A stretch of 63,638 bases of DNA, filler included, from Phoronis australis (lineage: Eukaryota; Animalia; Phoronida), in assembly GCA_002633005.1 (NCBI GenBank). It is 6 parts of 6 records of this genome, joined end to end, with 100 filler letters (N's around TTAATTAATTAA, not from the genome) between each part and the next. Parts side by side here need not be neighbours in the genome. Positions count along the whole stretch, not along the records: positions 48,029 to 59,345 come from NMRA01001702.1; positions 59,446 to 63,638 come from NMRA01002671.1; 4 more parts are not named here. The stretch is one strand, 5' to 3'. The notes beneath the pieces were generated by a model. It was given only the letters and a program-made list of their open reading frames with translations. It searched no databases and was not told where the DNA came from. Both the position numbers and the translations under genes were made by a program. This document shows positions 48,976-59,839 of the stretch, piece after piece (the first letter of the stretch is position 1; every line of letters begins with the position of its first letter).

Positions 48976-50508
48976 TATTTTTTATGTTTGATATGGTATT
49001 CTCCAAAAAGGCCGAAAACACCTCTGCGGCACCTGATATTGGGTACGTATGGTCGTGTTAGATTTCGTGGAAACTATCAAAGCTGTAAAGTAGATAAAAA
49101 ATTCTGTTCATGTTGCAAACATGTTATTCACAACTGATTCGTGGGTATAATAAGTCCTATTAGTTTTTCAGTTTAGTTAGATTGACAATCATTTCATTGG
49201 CACGACACAGATATGCGGGCAATAGAATTGTTCGCTTTTTGTCTTCATAGTGAATATAAAACACGTTGAACTTCGAATTAATTATCCATATATGTTGTAT
49301 ATGGTGCTCAGCCACCGTGGGGACGGACCCGGGCATCCACATTGGGGAAGGGGGTATCCAACCACTATGTATAATATTTTTGAAAATAGTGACAATTGCA
49401 GTTGAATTAAATAAAGAATCTTGTTTATGTTTCACCTTTTTACTTTTATTAGTAATAGTACAGACCCATAGCCCGTAGCCGGGGGAGGGTTCGGGGGGTT
49501 TGATCGAACCCCTACCCCGCTGAAAAGGACCAGCCCCAGCATATTCGTTAAAGATAGGGTTTAATTGGACAATAACAACAAAACTGTTGCAGCTACTGGT
49601 GCTAACTACGATGATAACTAAGTTAGCAATAATTTTGAATCCGCTTCTGATTCAAACCGCGTCACGTGGCGTCGGACCGAACTCGGCAAACATCGCCCGA
49701 GTGCCGCTGTTTGTGTAGATGACATTATCGTTCGTACGATAAGAGGATGCTTTATGTTATTCATAAACCACGTGCGTGGTGACTACAACAAAGGGTAACA
49801 AGTGAGTCCATAAGTGAATGTCTATACCTAAGCATAAAAGTCTAGCCCTAAGACCTAAGTAAGCTTCATGTTAATGTAAATAACAACGAGAGAACTCCCA
49901 AAAAGTAGTGCGGTGTGAATGCCTTAAACTAGGCCAAGAAACACAACAGCAGAAAATTTGAGATTTGTTATTCTGCTATTTTTGGTTTGATTGCAACCAT
50001 AATACGGTAGAAGTGTAGGAATTTTCAAATTTTGAATTGAAAGTGATCGTCAAATTTGCAAATATGTTGTTCAACCAGTGTCCACTTTGATTGTTGGATG
50101 GATTGACATGCATGCGTGTACACGTTTGAACGTTTCTGTTCTTTTAAATTCAGAACATGCTTACAGTAAGTTCATTATAGGCAGTCCTCTGTCGTGCTAA
50201 AAGCCAGACCTTCAACTACTGTGTTTTCTTGCACTGAGAATACACCGTTGAGCATTTTCACGTTGTGATGGAAAGGTAGGCATAGACCTCAACTTTGGTC
50301 AATGAAAATCTGTAGTCAATCAATGTCAATGGTGCACAACCCTGCATACTTCATACGAGCCACAAACTAGATGGAAAAGATTTCCAGGGTTCCATGTCAC
50401 TATAACGAAGGTTCAATACTCCGAAGGTACAGTACTCAGAATGCCCATTACTCCGAAGGTTCGTTATCTTCTAAAGATCACTACTTTGAATTTCCACTAT
50501 TCCAAACC

Positions 50509-50915
50509 CTGGGCCCGGTCTCTAATCTTTGTACTCGAAAAACGAACTGGAAATTATTTTTGGCAATTTCTCTGCTCCTTTTGTGCGAACTCAAGATAAG
50601 TGGTTATCAGATTGTGCTCGAATAATTATAGTTCATGCATATGAGTTTCTAGTCCAAGTTTGCACTTAAAAACCCTTATATGCGTGCTACAAACTCGAGT
50701 AAAAACTCGAAACTTCGAGTTTAAACTCAAACTTTTAGGTTTAATGTTGAATTTGTCAACTGCAAACTAGGACTAATCAATCATCCACGTAAGTCATTAT
50801 GTATTCGAGCATTGAGTAATGGACACTTATCTTGAGTTCGCACAAAAGTAGATTAAAAATGCCAAACATTATTTCGAGTTCCATTTCGAGTAAAAAGATT
50901 CGAGACTGGGCCCAG
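50509..50915. mobile_element. MITE with ~40-bp TIRs (Harbinger-like)
   Basis: CTGGGCCCGGTCTCTAATCTTTGTACTCGAAA / TTTCGAGTAAAAAGATTCGAGACTGGGCCCAG. Confidence 0.75.
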
Positions 50916-51220
50916 AATTCCGACAGTTCACTACTTTGGTTGTGTGATCACGACTCATTCTCAAGCAGAGACAACATCTGGGGCACGGCTGCGGCGACCA
51001 ACGGCGGTTTCAAATTTAAGAAGACTAAATGGGACTCCCCGACTTCATGAGGACTGGCAGAGACAGGGTGGCCCAGTAACTTCATTTAGTTTCGACTCGG
51101 CCGTGTGCGTCGCGCTGCGATTCGATCTTGACATGAATTTGACGAATTGTGTCATGCCTGATGATTCATCAGTATTCCTACTTCATATCATTTTAAAGTG
51201 CAAGTGCGTTCTCATTTTAA

Positions 51221-52330
51221 AGTGTACACAACATGACTCTAGTACCTCAAAATAAATTTTATTATTATATCTTACTTGATTTCAGTGTCTTTAGTGCACA
51301 GCTCATAAAGAAACACGCAAAAATTGAAAAAATAATAATTATGTACAACGTCATGTGTTGAACCCAAGTCGTTCGCCATACTGTTCGGATCAGAGACAAA
51401 GTTTATAGAGTGAAGAGAAAGCAAAGTACATTGAGCGTCGAGAAGGTTCATAGAGGGATCAAAAGATGTGTTTCCGGAGGCTGCAGCAACAGCAGCCAGG
51501 CGGAGAACGTCTCGGTGTTCCGAAGGACACCAAAGTTGCGCAGAAGTGGCATCGCTTCGTGCGCCGAACTAGAGTGTGGGACGTCATCGTGGACCAAGCG
51601 ATTCGGTCCGGGGCCACTTTGTGTTCTGCCCAGTTTGAGGACCCGTGTTTCGTCTCCAGTCACAGGAGACGTTACGATGAAGGCCTGGTTCGATAAAGGA
51701 CAATATTTATCATTCAGAAACATCAACTCTTAATTCAGGATCGTCTGTTGGATGACTGGGTTGACTCGCCGAGCCCGAGGCCGCTTCTCTCGTGGGAGGA
51801 TTCAGTTCGTAAGGCTCAAAGTAGGAAAGTACGCAGCCTGAAGCACATTAAACTTGTTCTCGCTTTCGTGCAACCCCATTTCCTCATCCTAGCCACCATT
51901 CCCGTACGTTTTTTCATAGTATTTGTTCAATTCTTGCTCATAATCGTCGTCGCTTTCAAATTCCCTGCTCTCCGCCATTGTTCAATGCTAGTCACTGATA
52001 TCTTGTGTTCAACCCATGACGTCACATGGNCTCATCCTGGCCACCATTCCCGTACGTTTTTTCATAGTATTTGTTCAATTCTTGCTCATAATCGTCGTCG
52101 CTTTCAGATTCCCTGCTCTCCGCCATTGTTCAATGCTAGTCACTGATCTCTTGTGTTCAACCCATGACGTCACACGGCGGGAAATGTGAAAATTGGCAAA
52201 ATTGAAAGAAAAATCAAAATTTCAAGCTAATTACACAAAATAAACATGGGTTTAGCTAAATTTTACGTCATACATTTAGTCTGTGGCCACCGGTAATTCA
52301 AAATGTGCAAAAATCCATGGTGCGTACTGT
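51221..52330 (+). mobile_element. Non-autonomous TTAA-flanked (Kolobok-like) element with a THAP remnant
   Basis: TTAA at 51217-20 and 52331-34; the terminal 15 nt match 11/15 as an inverted repeat. Confidence 0.6.
51460..51735 (+). pseudogene. Frameshifted THAP zinc-finger domain
   Basis: KRCVSGGCSN...VF, then shifted frame PKDTKVAQKWHRFVRRTRVW...LCSAQFEDPCF; the conserved His is replaced by Gln. Confidence 0.8.
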
Positions 52331-53225
52331 TTAAGACATGCGGGCAATTTCGCATGCGCATGAAATCTAACTACCGTTTCTAGTTGTGCTGGCCAGCTGG
52401 AGACGGTGGTCACTGTCTACATAAAACCCAAAGTGTTTTAGTGCCTGGGCATTGTTTTCGGTATAGGTGCATCTCAGTAATAGCCGAAATATCGTTTATT
52501 TTAGCATGCAAAATCACATCTGAGTCTGAAAGTTTAGATATGTTTGGAGCGGTGAATCTTCGGAGTGGTGAATCGTTGAAGTAGTGAACCTTCGGAATAG
52601 TCAGTGAACCTTCCGAGTAGTAAACTTTCGAAATAGTGGGGTGTCCCCATTTCCAGCGATTTAAGCAACTTAAGTAACACGCTAAAATACAAACAGATAT
52701 ACAATTTTGTTAAGTCATTCGCCAACTAGACTTCATATTTCCTTCTGTGTATGCAATGAGGTGTAATCACTCATTTAAGCATGGCTGATTTGAAACTTCG
52801 GCAGGAGATAACGCGAGAATGTTCTCTTTTTGGACCACATTACATCCTAATTTGTGTCCCGTTCTTTGCGAGCAACCGTCACAGCATCCTCATATCTGGT
52901 ATTACAAATTCCGTCTCTTCTCATGAACATGAGTCGTCGTCATGTATACAGATTTCCCTTCCCCCCAATTAAGTTGCGTCAGAGGCATCACCGAAAACTC
53001 TACTGTGTCGACGTTTGCAAAATACCAAGATCCACCGTTGTTGAAATTCGAATCACCATGCTGGCTACGGGCCTGAATAGGATATATGCATTTGAGTAGA
53101 GAGATAGGGGCGTCTAAAAAGTCGCCCCTACATCGATCAAACCTCTGCACGCTACTGCCCCACCGCTAAAAATGTCTGTAAAGTATCTTTTGTTGCATGC
53201 AGAATGTTGCTCGAAATTATGCAAA

Positions 53226-53970
53226 TGGTTTCAAGCAGTTACCTGGCGGGTTGATCTAGCTCAACTCAAGTACTTGGCCGAGTCTGGCGGGATAACCCAC
53301 CACTAGATTTGTCTGGCAGTATTTATTCTTAATACCTGGGCTTACGGCGAATATTTTGCAACTGGTTTTATGTGGTTACCTCTTGGGTTGATCTAGCTCA
53401 ATTCATGTATTTGTGTGTGTCTGGCAGGGCTAACCCACCACTAGATTTGTCTGGCAGTGTTCATTCGTGATACCTGGGCTTACGGTGAATATTTTGGAAC
53501 TGGTTTTGGGCGGTTACCTCTTTGGTTGATCTAGCTCAATTTTTAACCCTTTTTGATAATCGTCTGGAAGAGGCACCTCACCACTGAAATTGTCTGGCAT
53601 CTAACTGTTGTGCCATGTTCAGTGATGTTGAACATCGTGCAATTGGTTTCAAACGGTTACCTGATAGGTTGATCTAGCTCAATTCAGGTATTTGGGCGTG
53701 TCTGGCGGGGGTAACCCACCACTAGATGTGTCTGGCAGTGTTCATTCGTGATACCTGGGCTTATGGTGGATATTTTGCGACTGGTTTCAAGCGGTTACCT
53801 CTTGGATTGATCTAGCTCAATTTTTGTACCCTGTATATGTTCGTCTGGCGGGAACTCCCCACCACTGAAATTGTCTGGCAGTGACCAGTTTTGATACAAT
53901 GAATGACGTAGCAGGTATCGAAGGCAGTTTTAAGTGGTTACCAGAAAAGTTGATCTAGCTCAATTTTTGA
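53226..53970. repeat. Subterminal tandem array of 137-143-bp units
   Basis: GATCTAGCTCAA at 53253, 53390, 53528, 53671, 53809 and 53952. Confidence 0.9.
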
Positions 53971-54435
53971 GTGTAATTTTCTTGGCTCCCCTGACCACAC
54001 CCACCAGAGCGAACCTGCCAGACGGCCATTTCCAAGCATCAGGATACCCACAGAGCACTGTGGCACCAAAGGAAATTGGTTACCTTTTCATGCCCAAAAA
54101 AGCTCTGGGATCCCGGTCTATAACGAGTTATTGTCTTGTGTCATGGACTCACTTCAAAATATAATACTTGGGCTGTTTTTGTCACTTTATTTTCTTCCCA
54201 TGTTTGCAAAGTTTAAGAACGCCGCCGGCGTCAAAACCTCCGCTTTCAGCGACTTTGTCTGCCGCGCTGAGTTTTCGTCTGCACTGCACTTGATAAAACA
54301 TATATTCGAAAAAATCAGGCCAGAGAAATGAGACAATGGTTAAAAGTATATAGTCACGTCCGTTTCTGTTACTTAGGACTGTCGCTATTCTCTTTTGATG
54401 TGTGACTTTGTAGTGGTGCACGCGCGCAAGTTCCC

Positions 54436-55380
54436 NNNNNNNNNNNNNNNNNNNNNNNNNNNNNNNNNNNNNNNNNNNNNNNNNNNNNNNNNNNNNNNNN
54501 NNNNNNNNNNNNNNNNNNNNNNNNNNNNNNNNNNNNNNNNNNNNNNNNNNNNNNNNNNNNNNNNNNNNNNNNNNNNNNNNNNNNNNNNNNNNNNNNNNNN
54601 NNNNNNNNNNNNNNNNNNNNNNNNNNNNNNNNNNNNNNNNNNNNNNNNNNNNNNNNNNNNNNNNNNNNNNNNNNNNNNNNNNNNNNNNNNNNNNNNNNNN
54701 NNNNNNNNNNNNNNNNNNNNNNNNNNNNNNNNNNNNNNNNNNNNNNNNNNNNNNNNNNNNNNNNNNNNNNNNNNNNNNNNNNNNNNNNNNNNNNNNNNNN
54801 NNNNNNNNNNNNNNNNNNNNNNNNNNNNNNNNNNNNNNNNNNNNNNNNNNNNNNNNNNNNNNNNNNNNNNNNNNNNNNNNNNNNNNNNNNNNNNNNNNNN
54901 NNNNNNNNNNNNNNNNNNNNNNNNNNNNNNNNNNNNNNNNNNNNNNNNNNNNNNNNNNNNNNNNNNNNNNNNNNNNNNNNNNNNNNNNNNNNNNNNNNNN
55001 NNNNNNNNNNNNNNNNNNNNNNNNNNNNNNNNNNNNNNNNNNNNNNNNNNNNNNNNNNNNNNNNNNNNNNNNNNNNNNNNNNNNNNNNNNNNNNNNNNNN
55101 NNNNNNNNNNNNNNNNNNNNNNNNNNNNNNNNNNNNNNNNNNNNNNNNNNNNNNNNNNNNNNNNNNNNNNNNNNNNNNNNNNNNNNNNNNNNNNNNNNNN
55201 NNNNNNNNNNNNNNNNNNNNNNNNNNNNNNNNNNNNNNNNNNNNNNNNNNNNNNNNNNNNNNNNNNNNNNNNNNNNNNNNNNNNNNNNNNNNNNNNNNNN
55301 NNNNNNNNNNNNNNNNNNNNNNNNNNNNNNNNNNNNNNNNNNNNNNNNNNNNNNNNNNNNNNNNNNNNNNNNNNNNNNNN
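54436..55380. other. Assembly gap (945 N)
   Basis: Direct reading. Confidence 0.99.
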
Positions 55381-55922
55381 CTGCGCTCTACAGGGCTAAA
55401 TAACAAGACCGCAGGACGTCACGGGGCTATTACTCAGCAATTCTGTAAATTTAATAGTGAATAACTAATCTGAGGGCATGATAACCTTTGTTAGGATCAT
55501 CCGCTGTTATGACATTTTTCCCGTCATGTGGCGACGTGACGATAACGCTCTTTGCAAAGTGCTACGCGTTCCGAGTAGGCCTACGTGTGTGGTGTGGGGA
55601 CTTAGATCACGAGGTAAGATTTTAAACCGCCCAGGGCGCTTGCCTGTCGTAATAAGCACCCATGTTTGGTTAACCGCCCTCCCTGGATTTTTTGAAGTTT
55701 CACGTTTAAGCGCCCATGTCTGGTTAACCGCCCACCCCCAGATTTTTGAGGTTTTCCAATTATACGCCCATGGCGTTAACCCGAACGTTTACGGTATATC
55801 CCAAAGATTGCAGTGAAATTTGAATGGGGAGACTAATGTCATGCATATTGGTTGTTATAATGATGATTTGTCATAGCCATAAATCCTTGGCATAAAGCGC
55901 CCAATTTTTTTGATATTCTCAG

Positions 55923-58312
55923 TGGTGTTTGGTGGCCTTGATCTCCACGGAATTCGTCCCAAGCCTCGGTACACGCACCTTGCAGTGACAGTGGCAGCTG
56001 GGGCAACGGTTATTCAGCTCAAGGATGAGGTCGATTGGAAAGTTGGTGACGAGATAGCCATTGCCTCCACTAGCTTCAGGCCTGCAGAGAATGAGAGGAG
56101 AGTCATCGCAAAGATAGAGAACAAGAAAACACTTACCCTTGACAGGGCATTGGACTTCAGGCATATCGGTAAAAATTGTGTTGTGTGTTTGTGTTGCATG
56201 TGTTGTGTGACTGTTTTGCATGTGCTCTGGGAGTTGTTCAATATCACGTTCACAAAAAAATCATTTCTTTACTTTACTTTGAGTTGTCAGAATTATGCGT
56301 CTCAAAGTCAGCAGTAGTGATGTCACACTTAGACAAGTACTGGCATTTTACATTAAAAATGGCACTGACTAGTATGTATGTGGTGTTGTATGTTGTTGGT
56401 TATACCCTTGTGACTAGTTAAAATTGTGAAGAAAGTTGAAAATGAACACGGTACTTTTCATCGCATATTCTGTTGTCCTTGCAATGTAGTTCAAGAGTAG
56501 TTGACTATCAGTTCTATATGAAGCTATACTTTATGCAATGTGTTTTATTTATGTCAGTCGAATGTGATCTAAAATGGGCCGTATTTACTCTGTCAGGGTC
56601 GTCAGTTGCGTTGGAAGGTGACATCTATTTTCAAGCTGCTGAAGTGGCCATGTTGACACGTAACATCAAGTTCGAGAGTCATTCCACGCACTCCATCGGG
56701 TTTGGCACTCGCATTTTGGTATCATCAATGGGTTTGGATGAGGACACTTATAGTGGTAAAACTCACGTCTCATACAGGAGGTTGCAAACTGTAATCAGTC
56801 CTACCAAATAATGACTGTAGCCTGGTTCTGCATTGTAGCATGCATGAAGAGCTGATGGCAGTCAAAATTTTCATGCTTTAAAGACTTGTTTGTAGTCATG
56901 ATAATGAATCATCTGTGAAGTTAGTTGTCTTTGTTGGATACTGATATTTTCTTTGCAGAATTACTATTAATAGTGCTATTTATGCGCCCCCGTAATATAT
57001 GTGGGTTCAGCCGTCATCTCCGTATGAGCATCTGGCGTCCACTACTGTATCTCTTTAACCCCTCACAGGATCTTGATGAAATTTGACAGATGGGTTTCTA
57101 TGAAGGCTATAAAAGATGATGAATTTCAGACGGGTTTTGTTTTTTACGTTAACCTCTGTATCTTCAAAATTCCTCAGTATACTGTGGGTAATTACACATA
57201 TTTGGGTCTTGCTCGCAACTGAGTCCGACTCTGGTGCCGGGCTCTCTTTGACACAGAAGGACGAGCGGTGAAAAGTCACGCATATCTTTAGAAATGTAGG
57301 ACTTTCGTGCAAGCGCATTATTCTCGCCATGCTTCTCAAGTGAGGCCCAAACTTAAGTATTCCTCGTCTGTCTGGTATCCCTCTACACTCTCCAGTATTG
57401 ATAGAAAGAATACAGTGTAGAGCAGCCATGTTTGTCCTTAATGGCTACTCCAGATACTCTTCTGTTACGTCTATGCTCACCACTCTCAAATAACCCACTC
57501 TTGGAGAGAGACGTGCGCAAAACAAACTGTCTCTCGTGAAGACCGTGCACAACCTGGTTGCCATTCCCTCACGCACCTTCCACCCCTACATATTTGTAGC
57601 TCAGGTAATTCCCACTCTCATAACATTGAGAGAACATGCAGTAATGTTGCACTGCATACTTCGCAAACTCTACTGTTTTACTAGAACAGACTCCCAAAAC
57701 ATGCCATCGAGGTGTTCATGAGCCACATCTCAAACATCAACCTTAGGTTGATCAGTATAACTTGTTTTTATCCCTGAACTAACCCACACACCTTGTTTTG
57801 TAGTTATTTTCACAGTTATGCACTGTTCAATTTATTCACTAATGTGTGCCAACATATTAAGATCGATACTAATTCCTTCTGGAAAAAGAAGAGGACAGCA
57901 AGATTACACCAGTTATAAGGGGTCTTGATGCCTCATTTCCCATGATCCTCTTTGTTTATAAGGGAATCGACGTGGAATAGGTATATTTTCTTGGTTTCTT
58001 TTTGTATATATTTTACTTAAAGTACTGCCTGTAAGTCCTGCTTATGTATGTACTGAACAGTTCTCATTATTTTTTCAGGATTTGCCCGCATCAAAGACAC
58101 AGCCTTCTACCAGACTGGGCAGTATGGATACTTTGAAAACTCCGACCCTCGGTTTACTGTTGCGTATTTGAATCCGGCCAAAGTGGACAGTATCCGACCA
58201 TCTTACATCACAGGCGTCTCATGCGTTGACACATACTCAGTGTGCATTGGTGCCTTTGGGGCTGACAATCTCAAGATTTCCGGCAGTACCATCATGGGGA
58301 CTGTGGGAGGAG
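55923..58312 (+). CDS. PKHD1L1: Fibrocystin-L-like protein, three internal exons (end of a G8 domain and following beta-helix region)
   Basis: Phase-1 exons 55923-56168 (VFGGLDLHG...VDWKVGDEIAIASTS), 56597-56755 (QAAEVAMLTRNIK...FGTRILVS) and 58079-58312 (FARIKDTAFYQTGQYG...DPRF...SYITG...IGAFG). Confidence 0.88.
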
Positions 58313-59839
58313 GTCTGTTTATTTACATTACGATGTTCTCTGGTTCAGTGACTTTTCCAGACATAGAGGGTTGTGAGCATGTCATACTTAGAGCGAATTG
58401 GTACATTCGGAAAGAATCATCATAACTTCGGTTGTAGTTGGGTGATTTTGGCGATTCAAAAACCAAACATGATCAGCATTTGATGAGGAATTCAGAATTG
58501 CTATTGATTCATGTTCAAATATGTTATAACTTAACTTTTAATTTTAACAGCACAGCCCAGTCAGGCTAAATATGATCTTATTGGAGATCAAACAAAAGAG
58601 AGCTGGCCCTGCAACGATAAATGCCAGAATGGAGTTAATCAGGTGTGTAAGATATTGGTTACAGGAGTAAACTTCCCAACTTGTTGAGCTATATGTAGAA
58701 TAGAGCAAGTTGGGATCAACAGCAATACGCAGTAATGTACTATGTTACTGTAAGGGAGAGCCAGGGTGTGGTTATCTCTTGCACAACCCTGCTTTTTCTC
58801 CCCTTTCAACTCCTGATCTTAATCAAGTCACTCATCTTCCTGAATCATCCTTGAACCCTACAGTCATTGCAACTCCTATTTCATTGTTAACGAATCCCCG
58901 TAAGAGGCCTACCCTACAATCAATTTGCTCTGGGTTTGACTGTGTTCACAAGTGGTCTGTAATAAGCCTGGTAGATAATTGGCCTGCCTGTTGTCATACC
59001 AGACAACAGACTGTGCTTGGCAGTTAACAAAGCAGCTACTTTAGATTTTATCACATGCTCACAACCCTCTTTATCTGGTAAAGTCACTGATGAACATCCA
59101 CTTAGCATGGAAGATATTGCCAGATTCGTTAACCTAAAAATCCTCTCACAACTAGTTGTTTTCTCATGCTATTGTGATGAGTCCAGTATGACCCATGGTC
59201 AGTACTCAAGTAAGTCAATCTTGTTGTTGCATTTTCCACTAATGTGGAAAGCACAATTGCTTCAACCCGTATTCAAAACTCAAGAAATCAGTTTGTTCAT
59301 GTATTTTATAAATACGCGACTTTGTCTGAGAACTTTTTGTTTATGNNNNNNNNNNNNNNNNNNNNNNNNNNNNNNNNNNNNNNNNNNNNTTAATTAATTA
59401 ANNNNNNNNNNNNNNNNNNNNNNNNNNNNNNNNNNNNNNNNNNNNACAAAAATGATTTCCAAATTACCAGTTTCCTATTTGGCAGGAGCCTTCTACAGTG
59501 AGGCAAATGCTCAAAATTTTTTCCACATGTTGTTTGGTAACAACTGTGCTGTATAAACCGTGTTGAAAAGTAATGTAAATTTTCCCAGCAAAATCTTTTT
59601 GGTGTTGAGCAAAATGAATATTCTACTTAACTGTTATACTGTGTATCAATCTGTAAAATTTTTAGTTCTTATGAAGTCATTAAATTGTGATGGTGGTTTC
59701 TGTAGCTAATAATGATGAGAATTATATTACTTTAAGTATGAGGTGTAAGTGCTATGCAGACTAAGGAGTGCTTTTTACCTTGCTTACCTGTTGTTGCTGG
59801 ATATTTGGGATCCGTGTTTATTTTTAACCTCATTTTCAG

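Larger units (their letters stand above)
50388..52648. mobile_element. GG...CC element with 8-bp TSD (Mutator-like), subterminal TCCGAAGG repeats
   Basis: ATTTCCAG at 50380-50387 and 52649-52656. CGAAGGT repeats on the left are inverted (ACCTTCG) on the right. Confidence 0.7.
49461..53075. mobile_element. Tentative CAG...CTG (hAT-like) non-autonomous element
   Basis: Left CAGACCCATAGCCCGTAGCC; right CTGGCTACGGGCCTG. TSD not clean. Confidence 0.45.
48029..54120 (+). mobile_element. Second Academ-like element (left terminus in gap) carrying nested insertions
   Basis: 48029-48150 is the reverse complement of the repeat unit at 53226-53970. Apparent right terminus ...GCTCTGGGATCCCGGTCTA ends in CTA, like the element at 2191-5356. 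Internal transposase fragment present. Confidence 0.7.

Noticed and set aside
51883-52173. ~147-bp tandem duplication
   Set aside because: Joined by a single N at 52030; probably two haplotypes.
53226-53970. CRISPR-like repeat/spacer appearance
   Set aside because: The intervening segments are homologous to each other, so this is a tandem array.
54369-55406. 345-aa and 334-aa ORFs
   Set aside because: Artefacts of translating through the N gap.
57055-57720. 124-aa minus-strand ORF in a PKHD1L1 intron
   Set aside because: Only a faint resemblance to a decayed LINE C-terminus (LSINTG...IP); too degraded to call.
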